A stretch of 37,122 nucleotides of DNA from Myxococcota bacterium. Its GTDB lineage: Bacteria; Myxococcota; Myxococcia; Myxococcales; Myxococcaceae. Below, piece after piece: positions 1 to 9,396 of the stretch. The notes under the pieces are model-generated. The model was not told where the DNA came from. It did not search any database and saw only the letters and a list, made by a program, of their open reading frames with translations. The number at the start of each line of letters is the position of its first letter. Position 1 is the stretch's first letter. The stretch is from positions 62,001-99,122 of the forward strand of contig JBMORE010000127.1 in assembly GCA_049322255.1 (NCBI GenBank), given 5' to 3'. The translations under genes were made by a program, and so were the position numbers.

Positions 1-299
1 GCTCTTGTTCGAACGGCGGTTGCCGCGGCGGCACCTGCGGGCGAATCAACCAGCCGCAGTGTGGAGGAAACGTGGTGTGCACGGCGCCCTACACGGTGGA
101 GGTCGACAACGTCTGTCGCGCCTGCGGAGGGAACGGCCAGCGCTGCTGTGACGCTCCGGGCGGGCTGTACTGTGGCACCGGGTTCACCTGTGGGCAGAAC
201 AGCACCTGCGTTCCTTGCGGAGGGGCGGGCGAGCTGTGCTGCTATGGTCGTTTCTGTGATTCAGGATTGAGCTGCGGTACCAACCTGCGATGCAACTGA
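1..299 (+). CDS. 3' end of a Cys/Gly-rich repeat protein (5'-truncated by the window edge), paralog of the next gene
   Basis: Frame is open from nt 3 (SCSNGGCRGGTCGRINQPQCGGNVVCTAPY...CGGNGQRCC...CGGAGELCC...CN*) to TGA at 297-299. It aligns by eye with the C-terminal part of the 338-1249 protein. Confidence 0.8.
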   Translation, partial: SCSNGGCRGGTCGRINQPQCGGNVVCTAPYTVEVDNVCRACGGNGQRCCDAPGGLYCGTGFTCGQNSTCVPCGGAGELCCYGRFCDSGLSCGTNLRCN

Positions 300-337
300 C
301 GACGTCGGTGCCTTCTTTGAAGCGGCAGGGAGAAGCG

Positions 338-1242
338 ATGACGAATGACTCGACGATGTCCGCGGCGGTGTTCCATCGAGGCGCGGCGGTGGCGCTCGCG
401 CTTTGGGCCGGGGCAATTTTGGGCGGTTGCAACTGCGGCGGAACACCGGCGAATTGTGGCGGTCTGGGGCAGGCCTGCTGTGCCGGCGCCACCGAGTGTG
501 CCGCCGGCGGCGTCTGCCAGCGTGGCGTCTGTGCACAGTGCGGCGGCCCCGGGCAACCCTGCTGTGAGGCGAGCAGCTGCGCGGGCGGCGGCTGTTGTCT
601 GAACAACGTGTGCGTGGCGGTCGGAGCAACTTGCCCCGGCTTCGGCGTGTGCAGCGGCGGCAGCTGTGGTGGCTGCGGAGCAGAGGGTCAGAACTGCTGC
701 GGTGGCCGGTGCACGGCCCCTGGCATGGGCTGCAACGGCTCGGTTTGCGCGCCCTGCGGCGGCGCCGGACAGCCGTGCTGCGCCAATGACACGTGCACCG
801 CTCCCAACTTGGGCTGTACGGGCGCCAACACTTGTGCGGCGTGCGGGGGCGCCGGCCAGCCGTGCTGCGCGAACCAGACGTGCGGCGGGAGCGGCCTGGC
901 GTGCAACAACTCGGTGTGTGCGGCTTGCGGCGAGGCGGGACAGCCTTGCTGCCCGGGCAGCGTGTGCAACAGCGGCGGCTGCTGCGACCAGAACGGCCCC
1001 ATCTGCATCGCCAGTGGAGCGGCCTGCCCAGGAGGCCAAGGCACCTGCTCGGGTGGTGGCTGCCAGAACGGCGCCTGTGGCCTGGCCGGCCAGGCGTGTT
1101 GCGGCAATGGTGTGGAGTGCACGGCGGCCTTCACCGACTGCCGCAACAATGTCTGTGCGCAGTGCGGAAATGCCGGCCAGCGGTGCTGCCCGAACGAGGT
1201 CTGCGCCACCGGCCTGGTGTGCAACCGAGGAAACGACGTCTG

Positions 1243-1249
<7 letters not shown>
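338..1249 (+). CDS. Cys-rich repeat lipoprotein with eight CGxxGQxCC repeats
   Basis: ATG 338 is preceded by GGGAG. Hydrophobic signal ends in lipobox ILGG-C (Cys at 428), followed by NCGG. Repeats: CGGLGQACC, CGGPGQPCC, CGAEGQNCC, CGGAGQPCC x2, CGEAGQPCC, CGLAGQACC, CGNAGQRCC. Confidence 0.85.
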
Positions 1250-2553
<1,304 letters not shown>

Positions 2554-2567
2554 GAGGAACGTTTCGC

Positions 2568-2882
2568 TCAGTGCTTCGAGCCAAAGACCGCGTCCTCGAG
2601 GCGCTTGACGCGCACCTCGAGCGACTTGTCGCTGCCCAATTGCTTGATCGCGCTGGTCATCGCGTTGGTCAGAGCAAACTGAGTCTTCTGAATGCCTTTC
2701 ACCGCGGTGAGCAGCTCATCCTGGCCCTCCCGCACCTCGTCTAGGCCCGTGCGGACCTCTTCTAGCCCCGCGCGCAGATCTTCTTGATCAACACGCAGTG
2801 ACTTCACCTCGCCACGCAACTCGCTCATGTCCGTCGTGAGCTTGCGGACCGCTGCCTCGAGCTTCTCCATCGGAGTTGCCAT
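2568..2882 (-). CDS. Small coiled-coil hypothetical protein
   Basis: 104-aa ORF from ATG 2882 (or 2870) with heptads LRAGLEE/VRTGLDE/VREGQDE and the ending RVKRLEDAVF. It stops 14 nt before the rarA start. Confidence 0.7.
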   Translation of the reverse strand: MATPMEKLEAAVRKLTTDMSELRGEVKSLRVDQEDLRAGLEEVRTGLDEVREGQDELLTAVKGIQKTQFALTNAMTSAIKQLGSDKSLEVRVKRLEDAVFGSKH

Positions 2883-2980
2883 CGCAAAGGAAGTTGAGCG
2901 CAAACCAGACCGGGGCGCAACCGCCGCCCCAGCGCCCAAAAAGTCGGACCGTTCTTCTGTCCGCGTATGATGGCGTGCGC

Positions 2981-3811
2981 ATGGAGCTCTTCGAACTCCT
3001 TCAGGCCGCCACCACCGTCGTCCGCCAGCGGGCTTTGGGGTTTACGCCCGAAGTGGGCATCATTCTCGGCTCAGGCCTGGGCGCTTTCGCCGACACCTTC
3101 GAGAACAAGGTGGTCATCCCTTATGGAGAGTTGCCCAACTTTCCGACTTCTTCGGTCGCCGGGCATGCGGGCCGGCTGGTGCTGGGCACCATCGGGGGCG
3201 CCCGCGCGGTCGCCATGCAGGGCCGGGTGCACTACTACGAGGGCTACCAGCCCTGGCAGGTCGCCTTTCCTGCCCGGGTGCTCTGCGCCTTGGGCATCCA
3301 ATCGCTGGTGGTCACCAATGCCTCCGGCTCCATCAACTTGCGCTTCCAGCCCGGAGACCTGATGGCCATCACCGACCACCTCAATCTCTCGGGGTGGAAC
3401 GCATTGGTGGGCAAGAACGACGATCGCCTCGGCCCCCGCTTTCCTGACATGAGCACCGCCTACGACCCCGGGCTCACCGCCCGCTTGTTCGAGGCGGCCC
3501 GGGAGCTGGGCATCGACCTCAAGCGAGGCGTCTACGCCATCCTCTCCGGGCCCTCGTACGAGACGCCGGCGGAAATCCGCGCGCTGCGGGTTCTGGGTGC
3601 CGATGCGGTGGGCATGAGCACCGTCCCCGAGGTGATCGCCGCCGCCCACATGGGGGTGAAGGTCGCCGGCATCAGCTGCCTGACCAACCTCGCCGCGGGC
3701 ATCGGCGACAAGCCGCTCACCCACGAAGAGGTCGCCCAAACGGCCGACCGCGTGCGCGACGTCTTCATTCGGCTGCTCAGCCGGTTCCTCCCCGCAGCGG
3801 CGAAGGTATAG
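2981..3811 (+). CDS. punA: Purine nucleoside phosphorylase (trimeric PNP I, inosine/guanosine type)
   Basis: GIILGSGLG, GHAGRL, MQGRVHYYEG, VTNASG, GPRFPDM, GPSYETPAE, VGMSTVPE, TNLAAG and THEEV motifs; likely ATG at 2981. Confidence 0.95.
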   Translation: MELFELLQAATTVVRQRALGFTPEVGIILGSGLGAFADTFENKVVIPYGELPNFPTSSVAGHAGRLVLGTIGGARAVAMQGRVHYYEGYQPWQVAFPARVLCALGIQSLVVTNASGSINLRFQPGDLMAITDHLNLSGWNALVGKNDDRLGPRFPDMSTAYDPGLTARLFEAARELGIDLKRGVYAILSGPSYETPAEIRALRVLGADAVGMSTVPEVIAAAHMGVKVAGISCLTNLAAGIGDKPLTHEEVAQTADRVRDVFIRLLSRFLPAAAKV

Positions 3812-3820
3812 TTCGCCTCC

Positions 3821-4213
3821 ATGTCCGAACGCCGAACCCAGCAGCGTCGCGCCGAGCCGAAGCTTGCGGAACCCTTGGAGCGCAAGCAGGAGCGGCGTAC
3901 CGGAGAGCGCCGTGATTCTCCTCGCGTCCCCATGACCTTCCTGGTGCGCGACCTCGTCGAAGGTGGCTCCTACGAGGAGCGGGAGGGAGACCTCTCCACC
4001 GGGGGCATCTACTGGAAGGGGAAGTACCCAACGCTGAACAGCGCCGTCGAGGTCCGCTTCCGGTTGGCTGGGGTGCCCCGCGAGATTCGTGCCAAGGGAG
4101 AGATCATCCGCGTCACCGATGGCGGGAAGGGCATCGACTTCCACCTGCGCTTCACCGAGCTCGACGTGCAGTCTGAGCTGGCAATCGCCAGGTTCATCGA
4201 CAAGCACGGGTGA
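3821..4213 (+). CDS. Stand-alone PilZ-domain protein (c-di-GMP receptor candidate)
   Basis: RRDSPR (RxxxR) and DLSTGG (D/NxSxxG) PilZ motifs; GEIIRV...LRFTEL beta-barrel pattern. Confidence 0.85.
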   Translation: MSERRTQQRRAEPKLAEPLERKQERRTGERRDSPRVPMTFLVRDLVEGGSYEEREGDLSTGGIYWKGKYPTLNSAVEVRFRLAGVPREIRAKGEIIRVTDGGKGIDFHLRFTELDVQSELAIARFIDKHG

Positions 4214-4225
4214 CCTGTCGCCGCG

Positions 4226-4627
4226 ATGCCCAAGCTGCCCTGGAAAGAGCTGTTCGACGCTGCGGCGGCAGTCCGCACCCGCGCCTACGCGCCGTACTCG
4301 AGCTTCCAGGTGGGCGCGGCGGCGCTCGCCGACGACGGCTCGATTCACACCGGCTGCAACGTAGAGAATGCTTCTTACGGCCTGGGCGTGTGCGCCGAAC
4401 GCAACGCCATCGCGCGCATGGTGGCGGAGGGGCGGAAGAAGCTCGTGGCGGTGATGATTGTCATCGACACCTCCGAGCCCACGCCTCCCTGCGGCGCGTG
4501 CCGGCAGGTGATGGCCGAGCTGGGCGGGCCCGATCTGGCGGTGGCGAGCCGTAACTTAGAGGGCCAGGAAGCGCGCTGGACGCTGAAGGAGCTTTTGCCC
4601 TTTGCCTTCACGAAGGATTTTCTTTGA
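4226..4627 (+). CDS. cdd: Cytidine deaminase (homotetrameric type)
   Basis: AYAPYSSFQVGAA, GCNVENASYGL, CAER and PCGACRQ zinc motifs; LKELLPFAF ending. Confidence 0.96.
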   Translation: MPKLPWKELFDAAAAVRTRAYAPYSSFQVGAAALADDGSIHTGCNVENASYGLGVCAERNAIARMVAEGRKKLVAVMIVIDTSEPTPPCGACRQVMAELGGPDLAVASRNLEGQEARWTLKELLPFAFTKDFL

Positions 4628-5369
4628 CCGCTTTGCCTGCGGGCAGCTTTCCCAACGCCTCCTCGAAGTTGTGAAAGGCGTTGCATGGTTTCCGTAGCCC
4701 AAGCAGGTAGGGCACCCCGCGCAGCTCCATCTTGACCTTCTGCCACAGCCGGCCGAGGAGGGAGCGCTGCCGGGCCGTAGGCTTTTCGACCGCGAGCTCC
4801 TTGAGATCGATGTAGTGCGTGGAGGTCTGGCCGATTCCTTCGAAATCGTGGGTCAGCGTGCGGGCGAAAGGCCGAAGTCCCTCGTCCACCTGGGCGAGCG
4901 CGGCGTCGGTGAGCAGCACGTACTCGGGCACGGGCACGTCGTTCTTGAGCATCCGGTGCACCAAAATGACGTCGACCCCCGCCAGCTCGGTGTGGCCCTT
5001 CACCCGCTGGAAGGCCACTTCGCCCTCGTGGGCGACGAACTTGAGCTTGAGCTGCTCGATCTGCATGCAGCTGTCGCAGTTGCACATCCGGTCGGCGACC
5101 AACTGCTCCTTCTGGCGCACGAAGGCGCGCAGCATCTCGGCGACCTGGCGGCTCACCGCCAGCGCACGGCTGTTCCCCACTGGCGCGTAGAAGAACGCCG
5201 CGTCGCCCTCGAGCTTGGCGAGCTTGAGCCGGCCGGCGCCGTCGATGACCGCCTCCAACAACCGGGCGACGATGTTTTGGGCGTGCGTGAGGTTCCAGCG
5301 GTGCACGGTCATGAAACGCGTGTACCCGCCGATGTCCGCGATGAGCAGCATGGCGCGTTCGATTCCCAT
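4608..5369 (-). CDS. DUF2652 family protein (class III nucleotide cyclase-like fold)
   Basis: LLIADIGGYTRF, KLEGDAAFFY, CNCDSC, LKLKFVAHEGE and GVDVILVHRMLKN motifs. It starts 2 nt after the fadL stop and overlaps the cdd 3' end by 20 nt. Confidence 0.85.
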   Translation of the reverse strand: MGIERAMLLIADIGGYTRFMTVHRWNLTHAQNIVARLLEAVIDGAGRLKLAKLEGDAAFFYAPVGNSRALAVSRQVAEMLRAFVRQKEQLVADRMCNCDSCMQIEQLKLKFVAHEGEVAFQRVKGHTELAGVDVILVHRMLKNDVPVPEYVLLTDAALAQVDEGLRPFARTLTHDFEGIGQTSTHYIDLKELAVEKPTARQRSLLGRLWQKVKMELRGVPYLLGLRKPCNAFHNFEEALGKLPAGKAVKENPS

Positions 5370-5371
5370 GG

Positions 5372-6565
5372 CTACTGTCGAAACCCCACCGAGAGCCCGA
5401 GCATGTGGGCCGTTCCCTGATAGCGCGCGGGAAATGCCTCCCCGGTGGATTGCCGCGGTGTCACCAGCACGAGGAGGTAACCCAAGTCGGCGGTGAGGTT
5501 GCCCATCTGGTAGCCAACGCCCATCGAGGCGAGCACTCGGTCGCTGTCCGGGAGCGAGGGGGAAAGTGTGTCGGTGGGGGAGGGCGTAGGGTCGAAGCCG
5601 GCTCCCAGGCGCACGGTCAGCTGCGGATTCACCGAGAGCTCCCCCGCCACCCGCGCGGTGAAGGTGTTCTGCCAGTCGCGGCGTAGCTCTTGGTCGAGCG
5701 CGTCGTCTTCGAAGTCCAGCCGCAGAGCATCGAGCGAGCTCCAGGCGGTGTAGCTGACGTCTCCGCTCACCCGGAGGCGCGGAGTGACCCGGTAGCTCGC
5801 GCCCATCGCGACCACGTGGGGCAGAGTAAGAGAGGTGCGTATGTCTTGATCGCGCAGCAACGCTTCGGCCTCCCGGGGCACGGTGAAGTCGGCCCGGCCC
5901 TGAAAAGAAAGGGGAACATCGCTGCGCCAGCTCGCGCCCACCGAGAGGCGATCGGAGAGGAAGCGCGCGCCGAAGCCCAAGTTGAAGCCGAAGCCGAAGG
6001 TGCCTCCGCCCATGCGTAAGGAGCCCTCGGAATCGACGAAGTTGATTTGCTGCGCGAGCTCCACCGTACCGCGCACCAGCGAAACACCCCCTCCGATGCC
6101 CAGACGATCGTTGAGCCGATAGGCGACGCTGGGGTTGACGGTGAAGGTGGTGACGTTCGAAGCGCTCGCTTCGAACCGGCCGTCGAAGGTGGCGGGCCAG
6201 GAGAGCCCCAAGCCGAAGTTGGAGAAAGCGCCGACGCCGGCGAAGAGCTGGTTGCTGAGCGGCGCGGCGGCGAAGACGCTGGGAATGGCGAACAGCCGCG
6301 GGTCGACGGTGGAGGGAGAGCCGTCCACCGCGCGCACCGGCGCGTAGCTGAAGGTGGGGAGAATGAGGTTGGTCGACACCTCGGCGGAGATGCCGTCTTC
6401 GAAGGGAAGGAGGCCGGGGTTGTAATAGAGGGTCGAGGCTCCGAAAGCCGAGGCCGTTCCAGTGCCGGCGCTGCCCACCGCGCGCGCCGACTGCTCGGGC
6501 ACCGCAAACCCGGCCGCAGCTGCTTCGACGGCGGCGAAGGTCACCACCACGAGCCAGCGCTTCAT
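5372..6565 (-). CDS. OmpP1/FadL family outer-membrane transporter for hydrophobic substrates
   Basis: Signal peptide followed by AGFAVPEQSARAVGSAG, YYNPG, FGLGLSW, VNPSVAYRL and LSPSLPDSDR; aromatic residue near the C-terminus. ATG 6565 overlaps the upstream stop (ATGA). Confidence 0.92.
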   Translation of the reverse strand: MKRWLVVVTFAAVEAAAAGFAVPEQSARAVGSAGTGTASAFGASTLYYNPGLLPFEDGISAEVSTNLILPTFSYAPVRAVDGSPSTVDPRLFAIPSVFAAAPLSNQLFAGVGAFSNFGLGLSWPATFDGRFEASASNVTTFTVNPSVAYRLNDRLGIGGGVSLVRGTVELAQQINFVDSEGSLRMGGGTFGFGFNLGFGARFLSDRLSVGASWRSDVPLSFQGRADFTVPREAEALLRDQDIRTSLTLPHVVAMGASYRVTPRLRVSGDVSYTAWSSLDALRLDFEDDALDQELRRDWQNTFTARVAGELSVNPQLTVRLGAGFDPTPSPTDTLSPSLPDSDRVLASMGVGYQMGNLTADLGYLLVLVTPRQSTGEAFPARYQGTAHMLGLSVGFRQ

Positions 6566-9342
6566 AGGTCCACCCATTGAACGGCTTCGTTCTGCGCCGA
6601 AATGGCGAGGGAGGCCGCGGTCACGCCCGAAAAGAGGTCGAGCAGGAAGGCGTGATTGCCGCCGGTGTACTTCTTTTCCTTGAAGTTGGCGGGCGCCAAA
6701 GCGGCGTCGATGCTGCGAATGAGCGCCTCGGTGGTCGGGTTGGGCACCACGAGGTCGCCCTGAATCCAGGAGATGAAGATGCGCTTGCGCGGATGGGAGG
6801 GGGTGAGCGGCTCGGCGATGAGGTGCCTGCCCACGTTCTGTGGATCGGCGGGGTCGAGCGCCCAGCGGGCGATGTCCATGAAGCGTTCGTACGCCGCCGA
6901 CCCCGGAGGCATGTTGCGTCCGGTGAGGTAGGCATCGAGCGCGTCCTTGTCGGCGCGGAACCCTTCGGCGGTGAGCAGGATGTCGGTTTGCGAGGCTCCG
7001 GGAACGTTGAGGCAAGCGGCCAAAATCTCGGGAAGGGCGGCGGTGACGAGCGCGCCCATGATGGCGCCCATCGACTGGCCGATGTAGCGGGGGTTCGCCG
7101 GCTCCAGCCGCTCCACTTCTGCGGTGTTGGGGTCGTCGACGTCGATCGCGCCGATGCCGCTGGTGGTGTCGCTCAGCACGCGCAAGAGTTGGGCGATGTC
7201 GATCACCTGGTGGCGGAAGTGGTCACGGGTGGCGAAGAGATGGGTGGTGGAGTTGAACTGGTTGCTGGAAATCGCCGGCGTCTCCAAGGGGTCGAGGAAG
7301 GCGCCCAGGTTGCGAATGAGGTAGCCGTCGTTGGGGTCCGCCAGCGCGTCGGCGCAGCGGTGGTTGATGCAGAGACTCCCGCCGCGACAAGCATTGTTCG
7401 TGTGGCAGTACGAGCGGAGCCCGTGAAAGGGCGCGTCGATGGCCAAGGTGGCGTACCCGGCGCGGGCGATGGAGTTGGCGATCGCCACCGCGTCACGGCG
7501 CGACTGGCCCAGGCCGTGCTGGTAGATGACCACCGGAATGCGTCCGTCGGCGTGCTTGGGGGTTGTCGGTACCGCGAGGAGGAACCGCCGGCTCTCTTGA
7601 CGCGGAGTGGTCAACGTCGCCGAGGTGAAGGGGCCGTCGGTGGCGACGTTCTGTCCGGTGGAGTGGTTCACCTCGGTGGCGTTGGGGTCGAACGCATTGG
7701 CCGAGGTGAAGTCGCCCTCTTTGACCCAGCGGATTTGCGAGCTCAAGTCCTGCCCCACCAGCCCGCCGAGGGTCGCCAAGAGCGAGACATCGACCGTAGC
7801 GAGGTTCGCGGGGCCTCCGGTGACGCCGGAGGGAAGGTTCCACTGGGCCGGTTTGGCGGCGAGCGGGAGCAGCTCGGCGGCGGTGCTTTGGGTGGTGAAG
7901 GTCCACGCGAGCAAGACCAGCTCCCGGGGGACTTGCAGCGCCTCGGCGGCGGCCAGGGCCTCTTGGGTGCGCTCGCGCAAAGGCTCGAGCAAGGCCGCGC
8001 TGGCGTCGTCCAGGCTGTCGAGGGTGCTCCCGTCGCCGGCGAATACTGGGGTGGTGAGCCGGGTGAGCGCGAAGACCGACCCGGGAACCACCGGCCGGTC
8101 TTCGAGGGTGCGCGCGCCCGAAAGCCACAGCACCGCATACCGGGTGTTGGGGCGGAGCGGTCGGGTGGGCTTGAGCGCCACCTGATCCGGCGTGCCTGCC
8201 GGAGCTTGGTCCGCAGTCCCGCAACCTCGGCACTGAACGGTGAAGGGCACCTGCTCGGTGGGGTCGTTTAAGTTGATGAGACGGAACTGCGAGGCATCGA
8301 GAGTGCTCCCGTCCAGGCGAGTGTCGGCGGCGCCCAGCGCATCGCTGGAGTCGGTGACCATCGACGCGGTGGTGGAGAACCCATCGAGCTGGTTCAGCCG
8401 CGCCTTGAGCTCTTGCGCCGTGGCGTCGTCGCCCGCCTCGGCGGGAATGTTCACCCTCCCGTTTTCGAGGAGCAGATCGTTGGGAAAGGGGATGACCGAA
8501 GCCGCGGGATCGAAGGTCGCCACGCCCATCTTCACCGTGCGAAAAGTCCATGCCGCCACCAGCGATTCGCGCGTCACCCCGTTCTTTTCCAAATAATCGA
8601 GCCCGGGGCGGAGCTGCCGCCGCACCCGCTCCAGGGTCACCGCCGCTTCGCCGCCGTCGATGAGCGAGGTGACCGAACGGCAGTTGGTCTGGTTGAGATC
8701 GGCGCAGGTGGTGAGCGGCTTTTTCGCGCGCAGGAGCACGAAGGCCGGCGAGCCCACCACCTCCACGCCGCCTGCGCCCCGCAGGCCTTGGGCGCCGCCC
8801 AGGAGCGCCACCGCGTAGAGGCGAGCGCGTTGCCAGGGGGCGGTGATGCGCACCCGCCTTCTGTCCGGGTCGTAGATGATGCTGGGGGTGAGCGCGGCGT
8901 AGCAGCTCAAGACGCAGGCATCGGGGTCTGCCGCGGTGGTGCAGCCGTCGCGGCACTGCAGAAGCTGGCCCTGAGTGGGCACCTCCGCGACCGCGTTGGG
9001 GTCGGTGACGTCGAGCACCCGCAGCGCGCCAGGGGTGACCGAGGCTGGGTCGAGCGCTCCCGAGAAGTCGTGCGTCGCCACCGCCTGGGTAGGAAAGCCG
9101 TCGAGCGTGCGCAGGTAACGGTTGAACTGCTTGTCCGCCTCGGAGGCATCGGGCGCGTCGGGTGGGTTGACGAAGCCAGTGGCGGCATCGATCGCCAGGT
9201 CATTCGGCTTGGGAACGATGGGAAGCTCGGCGCTTGGGTCGAACTGGGCCACCACTCGTAACGGAACCGGGTCGCGGGGAATGTCGGGGGTGCACGCGAC
9301 GCCGGCAACGAGGGCGAGAGGACACATCCAAAGCGAGCGCAT
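6562..9342 (-). CDS. Surface lipoprotein lipase/phospholipase (Pla-1/Cef/VolA-like) with a duplicated N-terminal domain
   Basis: ATG 9342; lipobox AGVA-C; two FDP..P(K/F)PNDL..LDGF(P/S)T..WTF domains. The alpha/beta-hydrolase part has VVIYQHG, AIDAPFHG, nucleophile elbow GQSMG (Ser at 7072-7074), GDLVVPN and GNHAFL. Confidence 0.85.
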   Translation of the reverse strand: MRSLWMCPLALVAGVACTPDIPRDPVPLRVVAQFDPSAELPIVPKPNDLAIDAATGFVNPPDAPDASEADKQFNRYLRTLDGFPTQAVATHDFSGALDPASVTPGALRVLDVTDPNAVAEVPTQGQLLQCRDGCTTAADPDACVLSCYAALTPSIIYDPDRRRVRITAPWQRARLYAVALLGGAQGLRGAGGVEVVGSPAFVLLRAKKPLTTCADLNQTNCRSVTSLIDGGEAAVTLERVRRQLRPGLDYLEKNGVTRESLVAAWTFRTVKMGVATFDPAASVIPFPNDLLLENGRVNIPAEAGDDATAQELKARLNQLDGFSTTASMVTDSSDALGAADTRLDGSTLDASQFRLINLNDPTEQVPFTVQCRGCGTADQAPAGTPDQVALKPTRPLRPNTRYAVLWLSGARTLEDRPVVPGSVFALTRLTTPVFAGDGSTLDSLDDASAALLEPLRERTQEALAAAEALQVPRELVLLAWTFTTQSTAAELLPLAAKPAQWNLPSGVTGGPANLATVDVSLLATLGGLVGQDLSSQIRWVKEGDFTSANAFDPNATEVNHSTGQNVATDGPFTSATLTTPRQESRRFLLAVPTTPKHADGRIPVVIYQHGLGQSRRDAVAIANSIARAGYATLAIDAPFHGLRSYCHTNNACRGGSLCINHRCADALADPNDGYLIRNLGAFLDPLETPAISSNQFNSTTHLFATRDHFRHQVIDIAQLLRVLSDTTSGIGAIDVDDPNTAEVERLEPANPRYIGQSMGAIMGALVTAALPEILAACLNVPGASQTDILLTAEGFRADKDALDAYLTGRNMPPGSAAYERFMDIARWALDPADPQNVGRHLIAEPLTPSHPRKRIFISWIQGDLVVPNPTTEALIRSIDAALAPANFKEKKYTGGNHAFLLDLFSGVTAASLAISAQNEAVQWVDL

Positions 9343-9396
9343 GAGGGCGCGGGATAGCACAGAAACCCGTGCGGGCGGCAGGGCGGGGCGTGCTAA

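Noticed and set aside
5568..5592. G-rich tract in fadL resembling the BoxC-like repeat
   Set aside because: It lacks the CCCTCTCCC/GGGAGAGGG stem and encodes the ordinary FadL C-terminal PTPSPTDTLSPSLPD region.
6566..7015. N-terminal extensions given by the ORF track (fadL to 7015, lipase to 9786, PNP from 2876, permease from 14280, receiver from 31185)
   Set aside because: They overlap neighbouring genes and precede the signal peptides or family N-termini; downstream starts with ATGA coupling or SD-like sites fit better.
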